NCBI GenBank assembly: GCA_003510435.1
Contig: DOMK01000009.1
Span: 24,675-88,674, forward strand
Direction of reading: 5' to 3'
DNA: 64,000 bases
Source: Candidatus Magasanikiibacteriota bacterium
GTDB taxonomy: Bacteria > Patescibacteriota > Patescibacteriia > Magasanikbacterales > UBA922
Under the pieces are notes generated by a model. That model worked only from the letters and a program-made list of their open reading frames with translations. It ran no database searches and was not told the DNA's origin. The translations under genes and the position numbers were made by a program. Numbering within the stretch: position 1 is the first letter of the stretch; the number at the start of each line of letters is the position of its first letter. Shown piece by piece: positions 8,963-18,417 of the stretch.

Positions 8963-9904
8963 CTATCTTAACACAAAATTAAAAAAATACCCCACCAAAG
9001 AAATCCCCACAAACATTACCCCAGCAAAAATGGCCAAAAGTTTTGGTTTCATGACTTTTTTGAGTATCATAAACTCGGGTAAAGATAGAGCTGTCACAGA
9101 CATCATAAGAGCCAAAGCTGTGCCCAATCCTACGCCTTTTTCTACTAGGGCTAATATTAATGGTACCACACCCGCCGCATTGGAGTAAAGGGGAATACCA
9201 ATCAAAGTGGCCAGTGGTACAGCATACCAGACACCACTACCAGCATATTGTGCTAACCAATCTGTTGGTACATAGCCATGAATCCACGCCCCTAAACCAA
9301 CCCCAATTATAATATATAACCAAACTTTTTTGACAATTCTCTTGGTATATTTTAAAGCATAATTTATACGTTCGTTCCAAGATGGGATTTTTTTATTAAC
9401 AAAAATATTTCTTTTATTATCCAAACTTTCTAACAAAGTTTCAGCTTTAAACTTACCAATGATATAGCCAGCTAAAATAGCAATTACTAAACCACTAATT
9501 ATATACAACAAAGCAATTTTTATACCAAACATACTCCAAAGTAAAGCAATTGCAATTTCATTAATCATAGGTGAAGCAATAAGAAAAGTAAAAGTCGCTC
9601 CCAGTGGTATTCCCGCTTCTACAAAACCTAAAAATAATGGCACCGCACTACAAGAACAAAATGGTGTGATAATACCGAATAACCCAGCTAATAAATGCCC
9701 GCAAAACGGATGACGTTTGGCCAAAATCGCTTTAATTTTTTCTTTGGGCAAAAATGTCCGCAAAACCGAAACCACAAAAATCATTACTGCGAGCAATAAT
9801 AAAATCTTGATTACATCATAAATAAAATAACTCACGACTTCAAATAAACGTGTGTCTGGTGTGATAAATAAGCTCGTGATAAAATTTGAAAAAAGTTTTA
9901 ACAT
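8963..9904 (-). CDS. DUF318/ArsP-family permease
   Basis: TPFCSCSAVP, FLIASP, GIPLYSNAAG, LSLPE motifs. Confidence 0.85.
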   Translation of the reverse strand: MLKLFSNFITSLFITPDTRLFEVVSYFIYDVIKILLLLAVMIFVVSVLRTFLPKEKIKAILAKRHPFCGHLLAGLFGIITPFCSCSAVPLFLGFVEAGIPLGATFTFLIASPMINEIAIALLWSMFGIKIALLYIISGLVIAILAGYIIGKFKAETLLESLDNKRNIFVNKKIPSWNERINYALKYTKRIVKKVWLYIIIGVGLGAWIHGYVPTDWLAQYAGSGVWYAVPLATLIGIPLYSNAAGVVPLILALVEKGVGLGTALALMMSVTALSLPEFMILKKVMKPKLLAIFAGVMFVGISLVGYFFNFVLR

Positions 9905-9916
9905 AAAAATTTTAGA

Positions 9917-10020
9917 TAGAACTCAAATTATACAAATCACCTCAAATTTTCGCAAATTATATCTGCCACGGTGCAGGCAGATTTGTATAAATTTGTCTGA
10001 TTTGTATAATTTGAGTTCTA
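9917..10020. mobile_element. MITE-like palindrome, TAGAAC family, copy 2, with nested CTGCC..GGCAG mini-palindrome
   Basis: TAGAACTCAAATT...AATTTGAGTTCTA; centre ctgccacggtgcaggcag; terminal CTA is the stop of the 10018-10674 gene. Confidence 0.72.
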
Positions 10021-10674
10021 TCTTGAATTTACCTTCCACCACTCCTCTACTACTCTCGGATTATTAATATAATCATTTTCCCTAAAAAATTTTAACTTAT
10101 CTTTGTGATTTTGGATAAACTTTTTTAATTCATTTTTATCTTCCAAAGCACGCAAAGCCCAAGTCATCTGTCTAATCTCTTTTTTAGATATAAATTTTTT
10201 ATCTAAATAACGATTGGGACTGAGATCAAAATCAACTGGCTCTAATTTCACCTTATAACCTTTAAAAATTTTCTTTATTAATTCCCCAGCTCTTTTTCGT
10301 CGAGTAAATTCACAAAAGATAGTTATTTCAGCAAATTTTATTTTATTTTTAATAATATAATCACGTGCATACAAAAAGTTCTCCAAACGACAGACTGATT
10401 TATTCTCTTTTATATATTGCCAATCCTTAGTTTTAGCTTTAACAAATTTTCTTTTGGCTAAACTAATAAAAAATTTATACATTTCCTCGGCTTCAGTTCT
10501 TTGATATGGAGGATAACAGTCAGTCTTACCACCACAAAATAAAATGGTTGCTTCCTGACTATTTGATTCATCATAAATCTTATTAAAAGCAAAACTCAAA
10601 TAACGATTATAATTGGCATCAGTCATGATATTTTTTGGTACACCATAACCTGGAATAACAAAAATTTTATTCAT
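10018..10674 (-). CDS. DUF218/YdcF-like protein
   Basis: VIPGYG, ILFCGG, TEAEEM and ENKS..RLEN resemble DUF218 motifs. Confidence 0.55.
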   Translation of the reverse strand: MNKIFVIPGYGVPKNIMTDANYNRYLSFAFNKIYDESNSQEATILFCGGKTDCYPPYQRTEAEEMYKFFISLAKRKFVKAKTKDWQYIKENKSVCRLENFLYARDYIIKNKIKFAEITIFCEFTRRKRAGELIKKIFKGYKVKLEPVDFDLSPNRYLDKKFISKKEIRQMTWALRALEDKNELKKFIQNHKDKLKFFRENDYINNPRVVEEWWKVNSR

Positions 10675-10675
10675 A

Positions 10676-11214
10676 TTATTTTTTAATCATATAAGTCACT
10701 GTCACTCCACTACTTCCCAACGTAAATCTTTCTTTTACCTCATCACTCAAATCACTAATATATATAGTGTGTCCAGAAAATATACCACCTGGCTCTAATA
10801 CCCTGCACACTTCCAACAAAATTGTATTAACATCATTTTTATAAAAATTTTCATCAAACATACCTTGAGACACAACAAATTTGAAACTTGCATCAGCAAA
10901 AGGTAGAGCATGTGCATCGGCTTGAACAAAATTACCAGGACTTTTTTGCTTTAAATTATGATAATCTATACCTACACATTTTATACCCTGTTCTTTTAAC
11001 TTCTTCAACGCCCCCCCCTGCCAGCCCCCAGTTCCAACACAGATCCTTCACCAGAAACAATTGACTTATAAAATTCAGGATTAAGTTTTTTTAAACTTCT
11101 CAAAACGGTATCTATATAATCATGACCCATAATACTCTCTATATCAATATATGGACCTTTTTCAATTGGTACAACTGGTTCAAATGATGGTGAATCTGGT
11201 TTATTCATATACAA
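10676..11214 (-). pseudogene. Class I SAM methyltransferase split by a frameshift at a G8 tract
   Basis: ORF 11005-11214 ends VLELGAGRGGR*; ORF 10676-11008 carries VGID, DAHALPF and EVCRVLEPGG; C8 at 11011-11018 on the plus strand. Confidence 0.75.
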
Positions 11215-11244
11215 AATTTTAAATTACTAATTACTATTTACTAA

Positions 11245-12492
11245 TTATTTCTTTAAATAATCTTTATTTTTTAATTCTTTTGGCAAATATTCTTGTTTTG
11301 CATCCTCACCTTTAAAATCCGGTGTGTATTTATAATCTTTTCCATAACCAATATTTTTCATGAATTTGGTTGGCGCATTACGTAAATGAATTGGTACACC
11401 CAAGTGTGAAGTATTTTTTGCATCATCAGCTGCCTGGCCATAAGCAACATAAAGTAAATTGGATTTTTTAGCTAGGGCACAATAAACCACGGCTTCAGCT
11501 AGATGGACATTACATTCTGGAAAGCCTAATTTATGACAAGCATCATAAGCAGCGTTAGCCACGAGTAAAGCATGCGAATCTGCCATACCGATATCTTCGG
11601 CAGCAAAACGTAAAACTCGACGCGCTACATACAATGGATCGCAACCACCCTCAATCATGCGTGCGAGCCAATACAAACTCGCATTCGCATCACTCCCTCG
11701 CATTGATTTATGCAGAGCAGAAATTAAATTATAAAACTCTTCACCATTTTTATCAAATACCAAATGCGTGCGTTGTAAAGCTTCCTTTATATCACTTTCA
11801 TCAACCACCAACTTACTCCTTACTCCTTTTTCCTTATTCTTTGATTTCACCGCCAATTCCAACCCATTCAACGCCACCCTCGCATCTCCACCACTAAGCT
11901 CTGCTAATAATTTTTTTACATCATCTTTAATTTCAACTTTATATTCACCAAATCCCCTCCCTTTATCTTCCAAGGCTTGAATAATAATTTTAATAATATC
12001 ATTATCATCAAGTTTTTTTAAAATAAATACGCGAGAACGAGAAAGCAATGGACCAATAATTTCAAACGAAGGATTTTCTGTCGTGGCACCAATCAAAACC
12101 AAATCCCCTTTTTCTACCAATGGCAATAACGCATCTTGTTGCGCCTTGTTCCAACGATGAATTTCATCTATAAATAAAATGGTTTTTTGACCTTCCAAAC
12201 CATAGAGCCGATCTTTGGCTTCTTTAACAATTTTTCTTAAATCATCTTTACCAGACTCAACTGCGGACAAAACTACAAAATGCGATTTGGTCTGGTTAGC
12301 AATAATTTGCGCTAAAGTGGTCTTACCAACACCCGGCGGACCCCAAAACATAATTGAAGATAACTCATCGTTCTCAACTAATTTACGCAATAATTTGCCT
12401 TCACCGACAATTTCCTCTTGACCAAAAAACTCGCTAAAAAAGCGAGGCCTCATTCTATCAGCTAGTGGTGATTGTAAAATATTATTATACAC
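11245..12492 (-). CDS. rarA: Replication-associated recombination protein RarA/MgsA
   Basis: PLADRMRP, GPPGVGKTT, FIDEIHR, GATTENP, SALHKSMRGSD. Confidence 0.95.
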   Translation of the reverse strand: MYNNILQSPLADRMRPRFFSEFFGQEEIVGEGKLLRKLVENDELSSIMFWGPPGVGKTTLAQIIANQTKSHFVVLSAVESGKDDLRKIVKEAKDRLYGLEGQKTILFIDEIHRWNKAQQDALLPLVEKGDLVLIGATTENPSFEIIGPLLSRSRVFILKKLDDNDIIKIIIQALEDKGRGFGEYKVEIKDDVKKLLAELSGGDARVALNGLELAVKSKNKEKGVRSKLVVDESDIKEALQRTHLVFDKNGEEFYNLISALHKSMRGSDANASLYWLARMIEGGCDPLYVARRVLRFAAEDIGMADSHALLVANAAYDACHKLGFPECNVHLAEAVVYCALAKKSNLLYVAYGQAADDAKNTSHLGVPIHLRNAPTKFMKNIGYGKDYKYTPDFKGEDAKQEYLPKELKNKDYLKK

Positions 12493-12514
12493 AAAAATTA
12501 TATTTTTCTGTTTT

Positions 12515-12596
12515 AATCTGCTTTAATTTGTTCAAATCTGCTGTCAAATTGGACAAAACAGCAGATTAAACGGATTATAACAAATTTGAGCAGATA
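12515..12596. repeat. Inverted 9-nt-period repeat (AATCTGC/GCAGATT family)
   Basis: aatctgctttaatttgttcaaatctgctgt ... acagcagattaaacggattataacaaatttgagcagat. Confidence 0.65.
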
Positions 12597-12633
12597 ATTC
12601 TAAAACCTAATAGCTATAACCTAACACCTAATA

Positions 12634-13731
12634 TTACTTTTTTTTTCCATACCAATATTTATACATTTTCAAAGCCATCTTTTCTTTAAATTTATGCCAA
12701 CGACTACGCTTGGCCCATTTGATATCATCAAACGAAACTGTTTGTTCCAACCATTGCAAGACTTTATCTTTTAATTTCTTTACCGTTGATTTATCTTCAA
12801 TTTTTACATTAGCTTCATAATTATTATAAAAACCACCTTGTTCAATATTACTGCTGCCAACCATAGCCCAATCATCATCCACGATTACCCCTTTACCATG
12901 CATCATCTTGTCAATCAAGTGAATATTAACTCCGTGTTTTCTCATAATAGAAAACCAGGTAAAAGCGGCATACTTGGCAATTTTTATATCTACACGAAAC
13001 GGAATAAGTAAATCCACTCTTACCCCTCGTTTCCGAGCGGCCCACAGAGCTTGTAAAAATTTACGATCCGGAAAATAATAAGGGGAAAATAATATTACTC
13101 TTTCTCTGGCTTTTAATAATGCTTCTGTATATTTTTTTCTAGCATTAGATATTTTTTGATTTGGCTCATCATAAATAAATTTGGCTTCACCTTTGGCTAT
13201 TCTAAATTTGTATTGCAATAATTTTTTGACTTTTTCTTTGTCTCCACCAGATATAATATAGGATTTGGCAAACGCCCGGGATAATGAATTGACAGCGTTT
13301 CCTTTTACACTCACATGAATATCTAACCAATTTTCCATATCTTTTTGGACATTGACTCCACCAATAAATCCAATTTTTTCATCAATAACCATGATCTTGC
13401 GATGATTGCGCCTGGCCAACCAATTTTTCAGACCATGCAGTATGTTACCATCAAATTTGAATAATCTTATATCAACTCCAGCATTTTTTAATTTTTCAAT
13501 GGCTTTGTTTGATAACCAAAAACTACCCCAATAATCAACCACGATTTTTACGTCCACACCCTGTTTAACTTTTTCACACAATAAATCAAAAAACCGATTT
13601 CCCACACTATCATCTATCAATATATACACTTCCCAATAAATAGACTTTTGGGCATCAGAAATCGCCTGATACATCGCGTCCCAGGCTTCTTTTGAGGTAG
13701 AATAAATTTGGTAGTTTGACTTACCGTTCAT
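12634..13731 (-). CDS. cls: Cardiolipin synthase-like phospholipase D
   Basis: Two HKD motifs (HRKIMVID, HGKGVIVD); ATG at 13731 (MNGKSNY); the longer N-terminus runs through a repeat. Confidence 0.85.
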   Translation of the reverse strand: MNGKSNYQIYSTSKEAWDAMYQAISDAQKSIYWEVYILIDDSVGNRFFDLLCEKVKQGVDVKIVVDYWGSFWLSNKAIEKLKNAGVDIRLFKFDGNILHGLKNWLARRNHRKIMVIDEKIGFIGGVNVQKDMENWLDIHVSVKGNAVNSLSRAFAKSYIISGGDKEKVKKLLQYKFRIAKGEAKFIYDEPNQKISNARKKYTEALLKARERVILFSPYYFPDRKFLQALWAARKRGVRVDLLIPFRVDIKIAKYAAFTWFSIMRKHGVNIHLIDKMMHGKGVIVDDDWAMVGSSNIEQGGFYNNYEANVKIEDKSTVKKLKDKVLQWLEQTVSFDDIKWAKRSRWHKFKEKMALKMYKYWYGKKK

Positions 13732-13792
13732 AATAATATAATTTGTATATCTACTATAATAAAAAAAACCGCTTTTGGCAAGCGGAGTCGTT

Positions 13793-13911
13793 CGTAATCC
13801 CGAGCCACAGCGAGGGATCCCTTTCCTATACATCTAACTTCGCATTATTGAATTGCAATATTAGAGGTGATGAAAGGGATTCCTCTTTCGCTTCGCTCAC
13901 TCGGAATTACG
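13793..13911. mobile_element. RPE/REP-like palindromic element (TAATCCCGAGC..GAGGGATCCC...GGGATTCCTC..CTCGGAAT family)
   Basis: Long inverted repeat; near-identical ends at 33236-33365, half copy 24352-24383; contains the pyrH stop codon. Confidence 0.75.
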
Positions 13912-14608
13912 CGATAATTGTCCCATTAAATTTTTCTCCTTTTAATACTTTTTCCACCTCTTTTAAATTATTACCATCCAAGACCACAACTCTTAGACCA
14001 GCTTTTTCTGCTATACGACTGGCTTTAGGATCAAAAGGAGCATTCGCACCTGGCTTCCAAATATTTCCTATAATATTTTTTCTAAAATTCTTCCAACTAA
14101 TTTTTTCTATCTTCTCGGCATCTTTGTATTTTTTAGGATCTTTTGTATAAACATGAGAAATATTTGAAAGATTAATAACTTCTCCTGCACCATAAGCCTT
14201 TGTCAACTCCACTGCATCATAATCACTTGAACTGTTTGGCTTCCAACCTGATGCAACAATAATAGATTTAGTAGTTTTAACTTTTTCTTTAGGATAACTT
14301 ACTACTTCCTCATAGGCGTAATCACCGAAAAGAAGACGAACAAATTGGGCATTAAAAATTGTAGTATAAATTCCAAGCCAGTCTAAATTTTCATTGCTAG
14401 TTTTTACTGTTTTTGCCAAAGCTTCTTGATAAGCTCTACAAGTCGCTCCCCCACCAATGACTAAAATAAATTTCTCGCCTTTTTTTACACGCGCTAAAAT
14501 TAATTCTCTAAACTTTTTTAAAAAATTAATATCAAATCCGGTTTTTGGAATTATAATTGAACCACCGACAGAGATAATTTTGTATTTAGAACTTTTCTTA
14601 CTAGACAT
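13907..14608 (-). CDS. pyrH: UMP kinase, archaeal type
   Basis: ISVGGS, VIGGGATCRAYQ, SSDYDAV, VYTKDP, PFDPKA. Confidence 0.88.
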   Translation of the reverse strand: MSSKKSSKYKIISVGGSIIIPKTGFDINFLKKFRELILARVKKGEKFILVIGGGATCRAYQEALAKTVKTSNENLDWLGIYTTIFNAQFVRLLFGDYAYEEVVSYPKEKVKTTKSIIVASGWKPNSSSDYDAVELTKAYGAGEVINLSNISHVYTKDPKKYKDAEKIEKISWKNFRKNIIGNIWKPGANAPFDPKASRIAEKAGLRVVVLDGNNLKEVEKVLKGEKFNGTIIA

Positions 14609-14731
14609 ATTTTTATATAAAATAATTTTTGTTTTTTTTAATAAAAATGATTAGTGATAAGTGATAAAACTATTTTTAATTTTCCTTATCATTTATCACT
14701 TATCATTTAATTTTCTAAACAAATTAGATCT

Positions 14732-15070
14732 TTATTTTTTTAATAGACTACTCGTAAACCAGCTAACAATACTCATCACTAACGCACCCCAGAAAGCTGG
14801 CCAAAAACCCACCACTAAAAATCCTTGCACAACCGTGCCCACAAACCAAAACAACAAAGCATTAATCACTAAAGTAAACAGACCCAATGTTAAAATGTTT
14901 ACTGGCAAAGTTAACAAAATAAACAATGGACGAATGAGGGCATTGACCAAGCCTAATACCAGAGCCGCAATAAGAGCTGAATACCAACCTGTGACCGCAA
15001 TACCGGGCAAATAATTAGCTAAGAGTAATAAAACCCCAGCATTTATAACCCAACGAAGTAATAATTTCAT
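14732..15070 (-). CDS. YvlD/DUF360 (phage holin 4-like) membrane protein
   Basis: NALIRP..LTLPVNILTLGLF..VINA motif. Confidence 0.88.
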   Translation of the reverse strand: MKLLLRWVINAGVLLLLANYLPGIAVTGWYSALIAALVLGLVNALIRPLFILLTLPVNILTLGLFTLVINALLFWFVGTVVQGFLVVGFWPAFWGALVMSIVSWFTSSLLKK

Positions 15071-15114
15071 ATAGTAAAAAATAAATAATTAACAATTATA
15101 GTCTAACAAAAAAA

Positions 15115-16020
15115 TCAATTAATTACAATCTCACCATTTTCACTTATTTCCACTGTAATATCTCCTTGCAAATCTGTCCGCCAAATTGTACTACTAGCCC
15201 TTTCTAATCTTTTTACGACTCGGAGTGATGGATGACCATATTGATTTTTTTTACCAACAGAAAATATTGAATATTCAGGACTTACCACATCCACAAATTC
15301 TTGATATGACGCGCCAGCACTACCATGATGCCCAATTTTCAATATATCAGTATCCAACTGCTCACCATAAGTACTTAATAAATATTTTTCCAAATCAATT
15401 TCCGCGTCACCCATAAACAAAGCTTCTTTGCCATTATAATTTAATTCAAAAACAATGGATCCATTATTACTCTCTTTTTGCCAAGTGCTAGTAGCTAATG
15501 CCAGTGGTTGATCTGGATATAAAAAATGCAAACTGGTACTGGCGATTTCCCAAGTGTCTTCATGATCTACTTCAATATATTTTGCCTGCTCAGCCTGAAC
15601 CGACTGCCAAAATGATACCCAAAAATCATCATATTCTTTTTTTGTACCATTATAAAGAATATTTTTTACATCAAATCTTTTTAAAACTTCGGCACAACCA
15701 CCATAATGATCTGAATCAGGGTGAGTGACGAGTAAATAATCAATGTCATGATCATAATAATCCATTACTCTGCCCAGCGCTTCCAAAATTCGCCCATCCA
15801 CGGCACAATCTACCAACATTTGTTCACTATCGGGAAATTCCACAAAACTTGCATCACCTTGGCCAACATCTAGATATGTTATTTTTAATTTATCCTGAGC
15901 GACACTGAGCGAGTCCGGGGGACGAGTCGAATGTGGAGTCGAAGGATCTTTTTTTATAAACCAAAGCAAACCTAAAACAACCAGTAATAAAATAAAAATA
16001 AATATAATTGCTTTCTTCAT
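15115..16020 (-). CDS. ComEC/Rec2-type metallo-beta-lactamase fold nuclease
   Basis: LDVGQGDA, THPDSDHYGG, GDAE, KIGHHGS, YGHP; N-terminal TM anchor. Confidence 0.9.
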   Translation of the reverse strand: MKKAIIFIFILLLVVLGLLWFIKKDPSTPHSTRPPDSLSVAQDKLKITYLDVGQGDASFVEFPDSEQMLVDCAVDGRILEALGRVMDYYDHDIDYLLVTHPDSDHYGGCAEVLKRFDVKNILYNGTKKEYDDFWVSFWQSVQAEQAKYIEVDHEDTWEIASTSLHFLYPDQPLALATSTWQKESNNGSIVFELNYNGKEALFMGDAEIDLEKYLLSTYGEQLDTDILKIGHHGSAGASYQEFVDVVSPEYSIFSVGKKNQYGHPSLRVVKRLERASSTIWRTDLQGDITVEISENGEIVIN

Positions 16021-16027
16021 ATTTTTA

Positions 16028-16110
16028 TAGAACTCAAATTACCAAAATATCCAAAATACACCAAAATAGATTTGCGAAAATTTGAGGTAATTTGGGTAAT
16101 TTGTGTTCTA
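16028..16110. mobile_element. MITE-like palindrome, TAGAAC family, copy 3
   Basis: 83 bp; terminal CTA is the methyltransferase stop; nearly identical to 18335-18417. Confidence 0.75.
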
Positions 16111-16737
16111 TTTTGATACTAAAACAATTTGATTAACCCAAGTTTCACCTTCTTTAACAAACTTATTCTCTTCTATACTAAAAGCCAAAGTCTCCAAATC
16201 CTCTATCACCTGTTCTGGTCGATGATAATATGATTCAATCTCCACAAGGCCTTGTTCAGTTTTTATTTCTGGCGCTTTTCTTTGATTTATATTTGTTAAT
16301 AAAAATTTTCCGCCTTGCCCCGAGCCAAGTCGAGGGGCTGGTTTTAAAACACGATAAACTTCATCAAAAAATAAGTTCAAATCTTTCAAATGCACAATCA
16401 AAAAAGTCGCAATCACAATATCAAAACTATTATCTTCAAAGGGGAGATCCTCAGCTTCACCAATCACTACTTTTATTTTTTGATTTTTACTTTTTAATTT
16501 ATTCAGCATCTCCTCTGATACATCCAAAGCAGTTACTTTCGCTCCAGCCTTTGCCAATCGTAAAGACAAGCGCCCATTTCCTGCACCCACATCCAAAATT
16601 TCCCTATCCTTAACTTGCCCAAGCAATGGCACAACCTGATACTGTTCAAAACTATCCCAATATTTTTCTTTTTTGGCATAATAATCGGCTGTGAGATTAT
16701 AGCCATCTTTTGAATTTAAAATTTTTACTTTCTGCAT
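16108..16737 (-). CDS. Class I SAM methyltransferase
   Basis: ILDVGAGNG, LDVSEEML, AEDLPFEDNSFD, EVYRVLKP; ATG 16737 (TTG 16761 alternative). Confidence 0.85.
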   Translation of the reverse strand: MQKVKILNSKDGYNLTADYYAKKEKYWDSFEQYQVVPLLGQVKDREILDVGAGNGRLSLRLAKAGAKVTALDVSEEMLNKLKSKNQKIKVVIGEAEDLPFEDNSFDIVIATFLIVHLKDLNLFFDEVYRVLKPAPRLGSGQGGKFLLTNINQRKAPEIKTEQGLVEIESYYHRPEQVIEDLETLAFSIEENKFVKEGETWVNQIVLVSK

Positions 16738-16785
16738 ATTTTTCCTTTCACCTGACTCCAATAACCAAATATATTTGGAGTAAAG

Positions 16786-18321
16786 TTATTGGTGTGAGGA
16801 GTTTGGCCTTTTATAAATAAAATAAATCAATAAAATATACATAATCACCATCCCCCACCACGGCACTGTTAAATCCACAGCAGACCATTTCAAACTGGCA
16901 AAAAATTCCACGATTTTTATAATATATTGCAATCCCACCCAACCAATCCAAGCAATTATTTCACCTAAAGGCATAAATACAAAACTTATCAAAACCGCAA
17001 AAAAACCTAACATCATTATAGTCGGGATAATCCATAATATCAAGATATTAACAATCGGCGCCACAATTGATAACCGGCCAAACTGAAATAATATTAATGG
17101 CAATGTGGCAGTAATCGCTGACAAAGTAGAAATTAATGATTCTCGAATACCCAAAAATTCTGGTACTCTGTCAAACCAATTTCTAATCACGGGCGTAATA
17201 TATACTAGACCTAGAGTGGAAATAAAAGAAAGTTGAAAGCCAGCGTCCCAAAGTAAAATAAACGGATTTTGCAATGACATCACAACCGCGGTCAAAACCA
17301 AAACATTACCCACTTGCGAAGTCCTACCCACTTGTTTGGCAAGGAGTACTATAATGCCCATAATTCCAGCCCGCACCACCGATGCACTCGCTCCCGTAAA
17401 AATAACAAATAAAATAATTCCACCTGTAATTAACCAAAAAGCTTTTTTGCGCGGAATATAAAGATTAACACAAATCGCAATTAAAATTGACGCGATCAAA
17501 CTAATGTTGTAACCAGAAATAGCTACTATATGCGTCACGCCAGTTCGACTAAACATCTCATTCAATTCTCCCAATCCACCACGATAACCGTAGAGCAAAC
17601 CCGCCATAAAGCTCGCACTCGGTTCGTGCCATAGTTTATTTATTCTATCAGCGATTACATTTTTAATATCAAAAATCCCAGCCAAAATTTTACTTCCTTC
17701 TTTACCCTGAGCTAATCCGCCAGCTGGCGGAGAAGCCGAAGGGTTTATCTTTGCATTTTCACAAATTGTAAACACACCGTACCGTGCCAAATACATATCA
17801 TAACGAAAATCATTAATAATTTCTGGTTTTTGTAAATCACATTTCAATTCTAATTTATCACCATATTTATATCTGGGATAAAGTAAAGTCTTTACATAAA
17901 CATTTTTTCCAACCAAATTATCTTGTATTTTGTTACGTGTATTTTGCCTGCCCACAACGCTCTCGCTTGCGAGGCGGACGGGTATCTTGATTATATATCT
18001 CACTCCATCCATTCTCACGTCTGGCTCAGCTGACACATAACCAACGACAGTTTGTCCACCTAAATTAATTTCTGATAAAGGAAACGCTATTAAATATCTC
18101 GCTACACCCAACACAAAAACAGCACAACAGAACAACACCATTCTCATTTTTTTATTTTTCCAATATATAATCAAAAAAGATATTAAAACAAATAATGCAA
18201 AAAACAAATATACAAAATCTATTTTCCATTCCAAAAGAGAGATACTAACAATTCCCAACAAAAAAGAAAAACAAAACGTCAGGAACGTTTTGCTTTTTGA
18301 ATTTATTATTGTATTAAGCAT
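16786..18321 (-). CDS. comEC: ComEC competence membrane channel (OB + Competence domains, no MBL)
   Basis: GVTHIVAISGYN, GASASVVRA, DAGFQLSF. Confidence 0.9.
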   Translation of the reverse strand: MLNTIINSKSKTFLTFCFSFLLGIVSISLLEWKIDFVYLFFALFVLISFLIIYWKNKKMRMVLFCCAVFVLGVARYLIAFPLSEINLGGQTVVGYVSAEPDVRMDGVRYIIKIPVRLASESVVGRQNTRNKIQDNLVGKNVYVKTLLYPRYKYGDKLELKCDLQKPEIINDFRYDMYLARYGVFTICENAKINPSASPPAGGLAQGKEGSKILAGIFDIKNVIADRINKLWHEPSASFMAGLLYGYRGGLGELNEMFSRTGVTHIVAISGYNISLIASILIAICVNLYIPRKKAFWLITGGIILFVIFTGASASVVRAGIMGIIVLLAKQVGRTSQVGNVLVLTAVVMSLQNPFILLWDAGFQLSFISTLGLVYITPVIRNWFDRVPEFLGIRESLISTLSAITATLPLILFQFGRLSIVAPIVNILILWIIPTIMMLGFFAVLISFVFMPLGEIIAWIGWVGLQYIIKIVEFFASLKWSAVDLTVPWWGMVIMYILLIYFIYKRPNSSHQ

Positions 18322-18334
18322 ACCCTCCAAATGA

Positions 18335-18417
18335 TAGAACTCAAATTACCAAAATATCCAAAATACACCAAAATAGATTTGCGAAAATTTGAGGCAATTT
18401 GTAAAATTTGTGTTCTA
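18335..18417. mobile_element. MITE-like palindrome, TAGAAC family, copy 4
   Basis: Near-identical to 16028-16110; abuts the leuS TAA. Confidence 0.75.

Noticed and set aside
8963..9904. Arsenic-resistance operon
   Set aside because: Only an ArsP/DUF318 permease is present, with no arsR, arsC or acr3 adjacent.
13743..14150. Antisense or overlapping ORFs in the track (e.g. 13743-14150, 19397-20020, 22761-22949, 22891-23238, 27934-28326, 38230-38629, 40117-40594)
   Set aside because: Shadows of real genes, repeats or GC-rich DNA, with no motifs or translation signals.
14732..15070. Holin as evidence of a prophage
   Set aside because: The YvlD/DUF360 family is a common chromosomal membrane protein and no phage genes are nearby.
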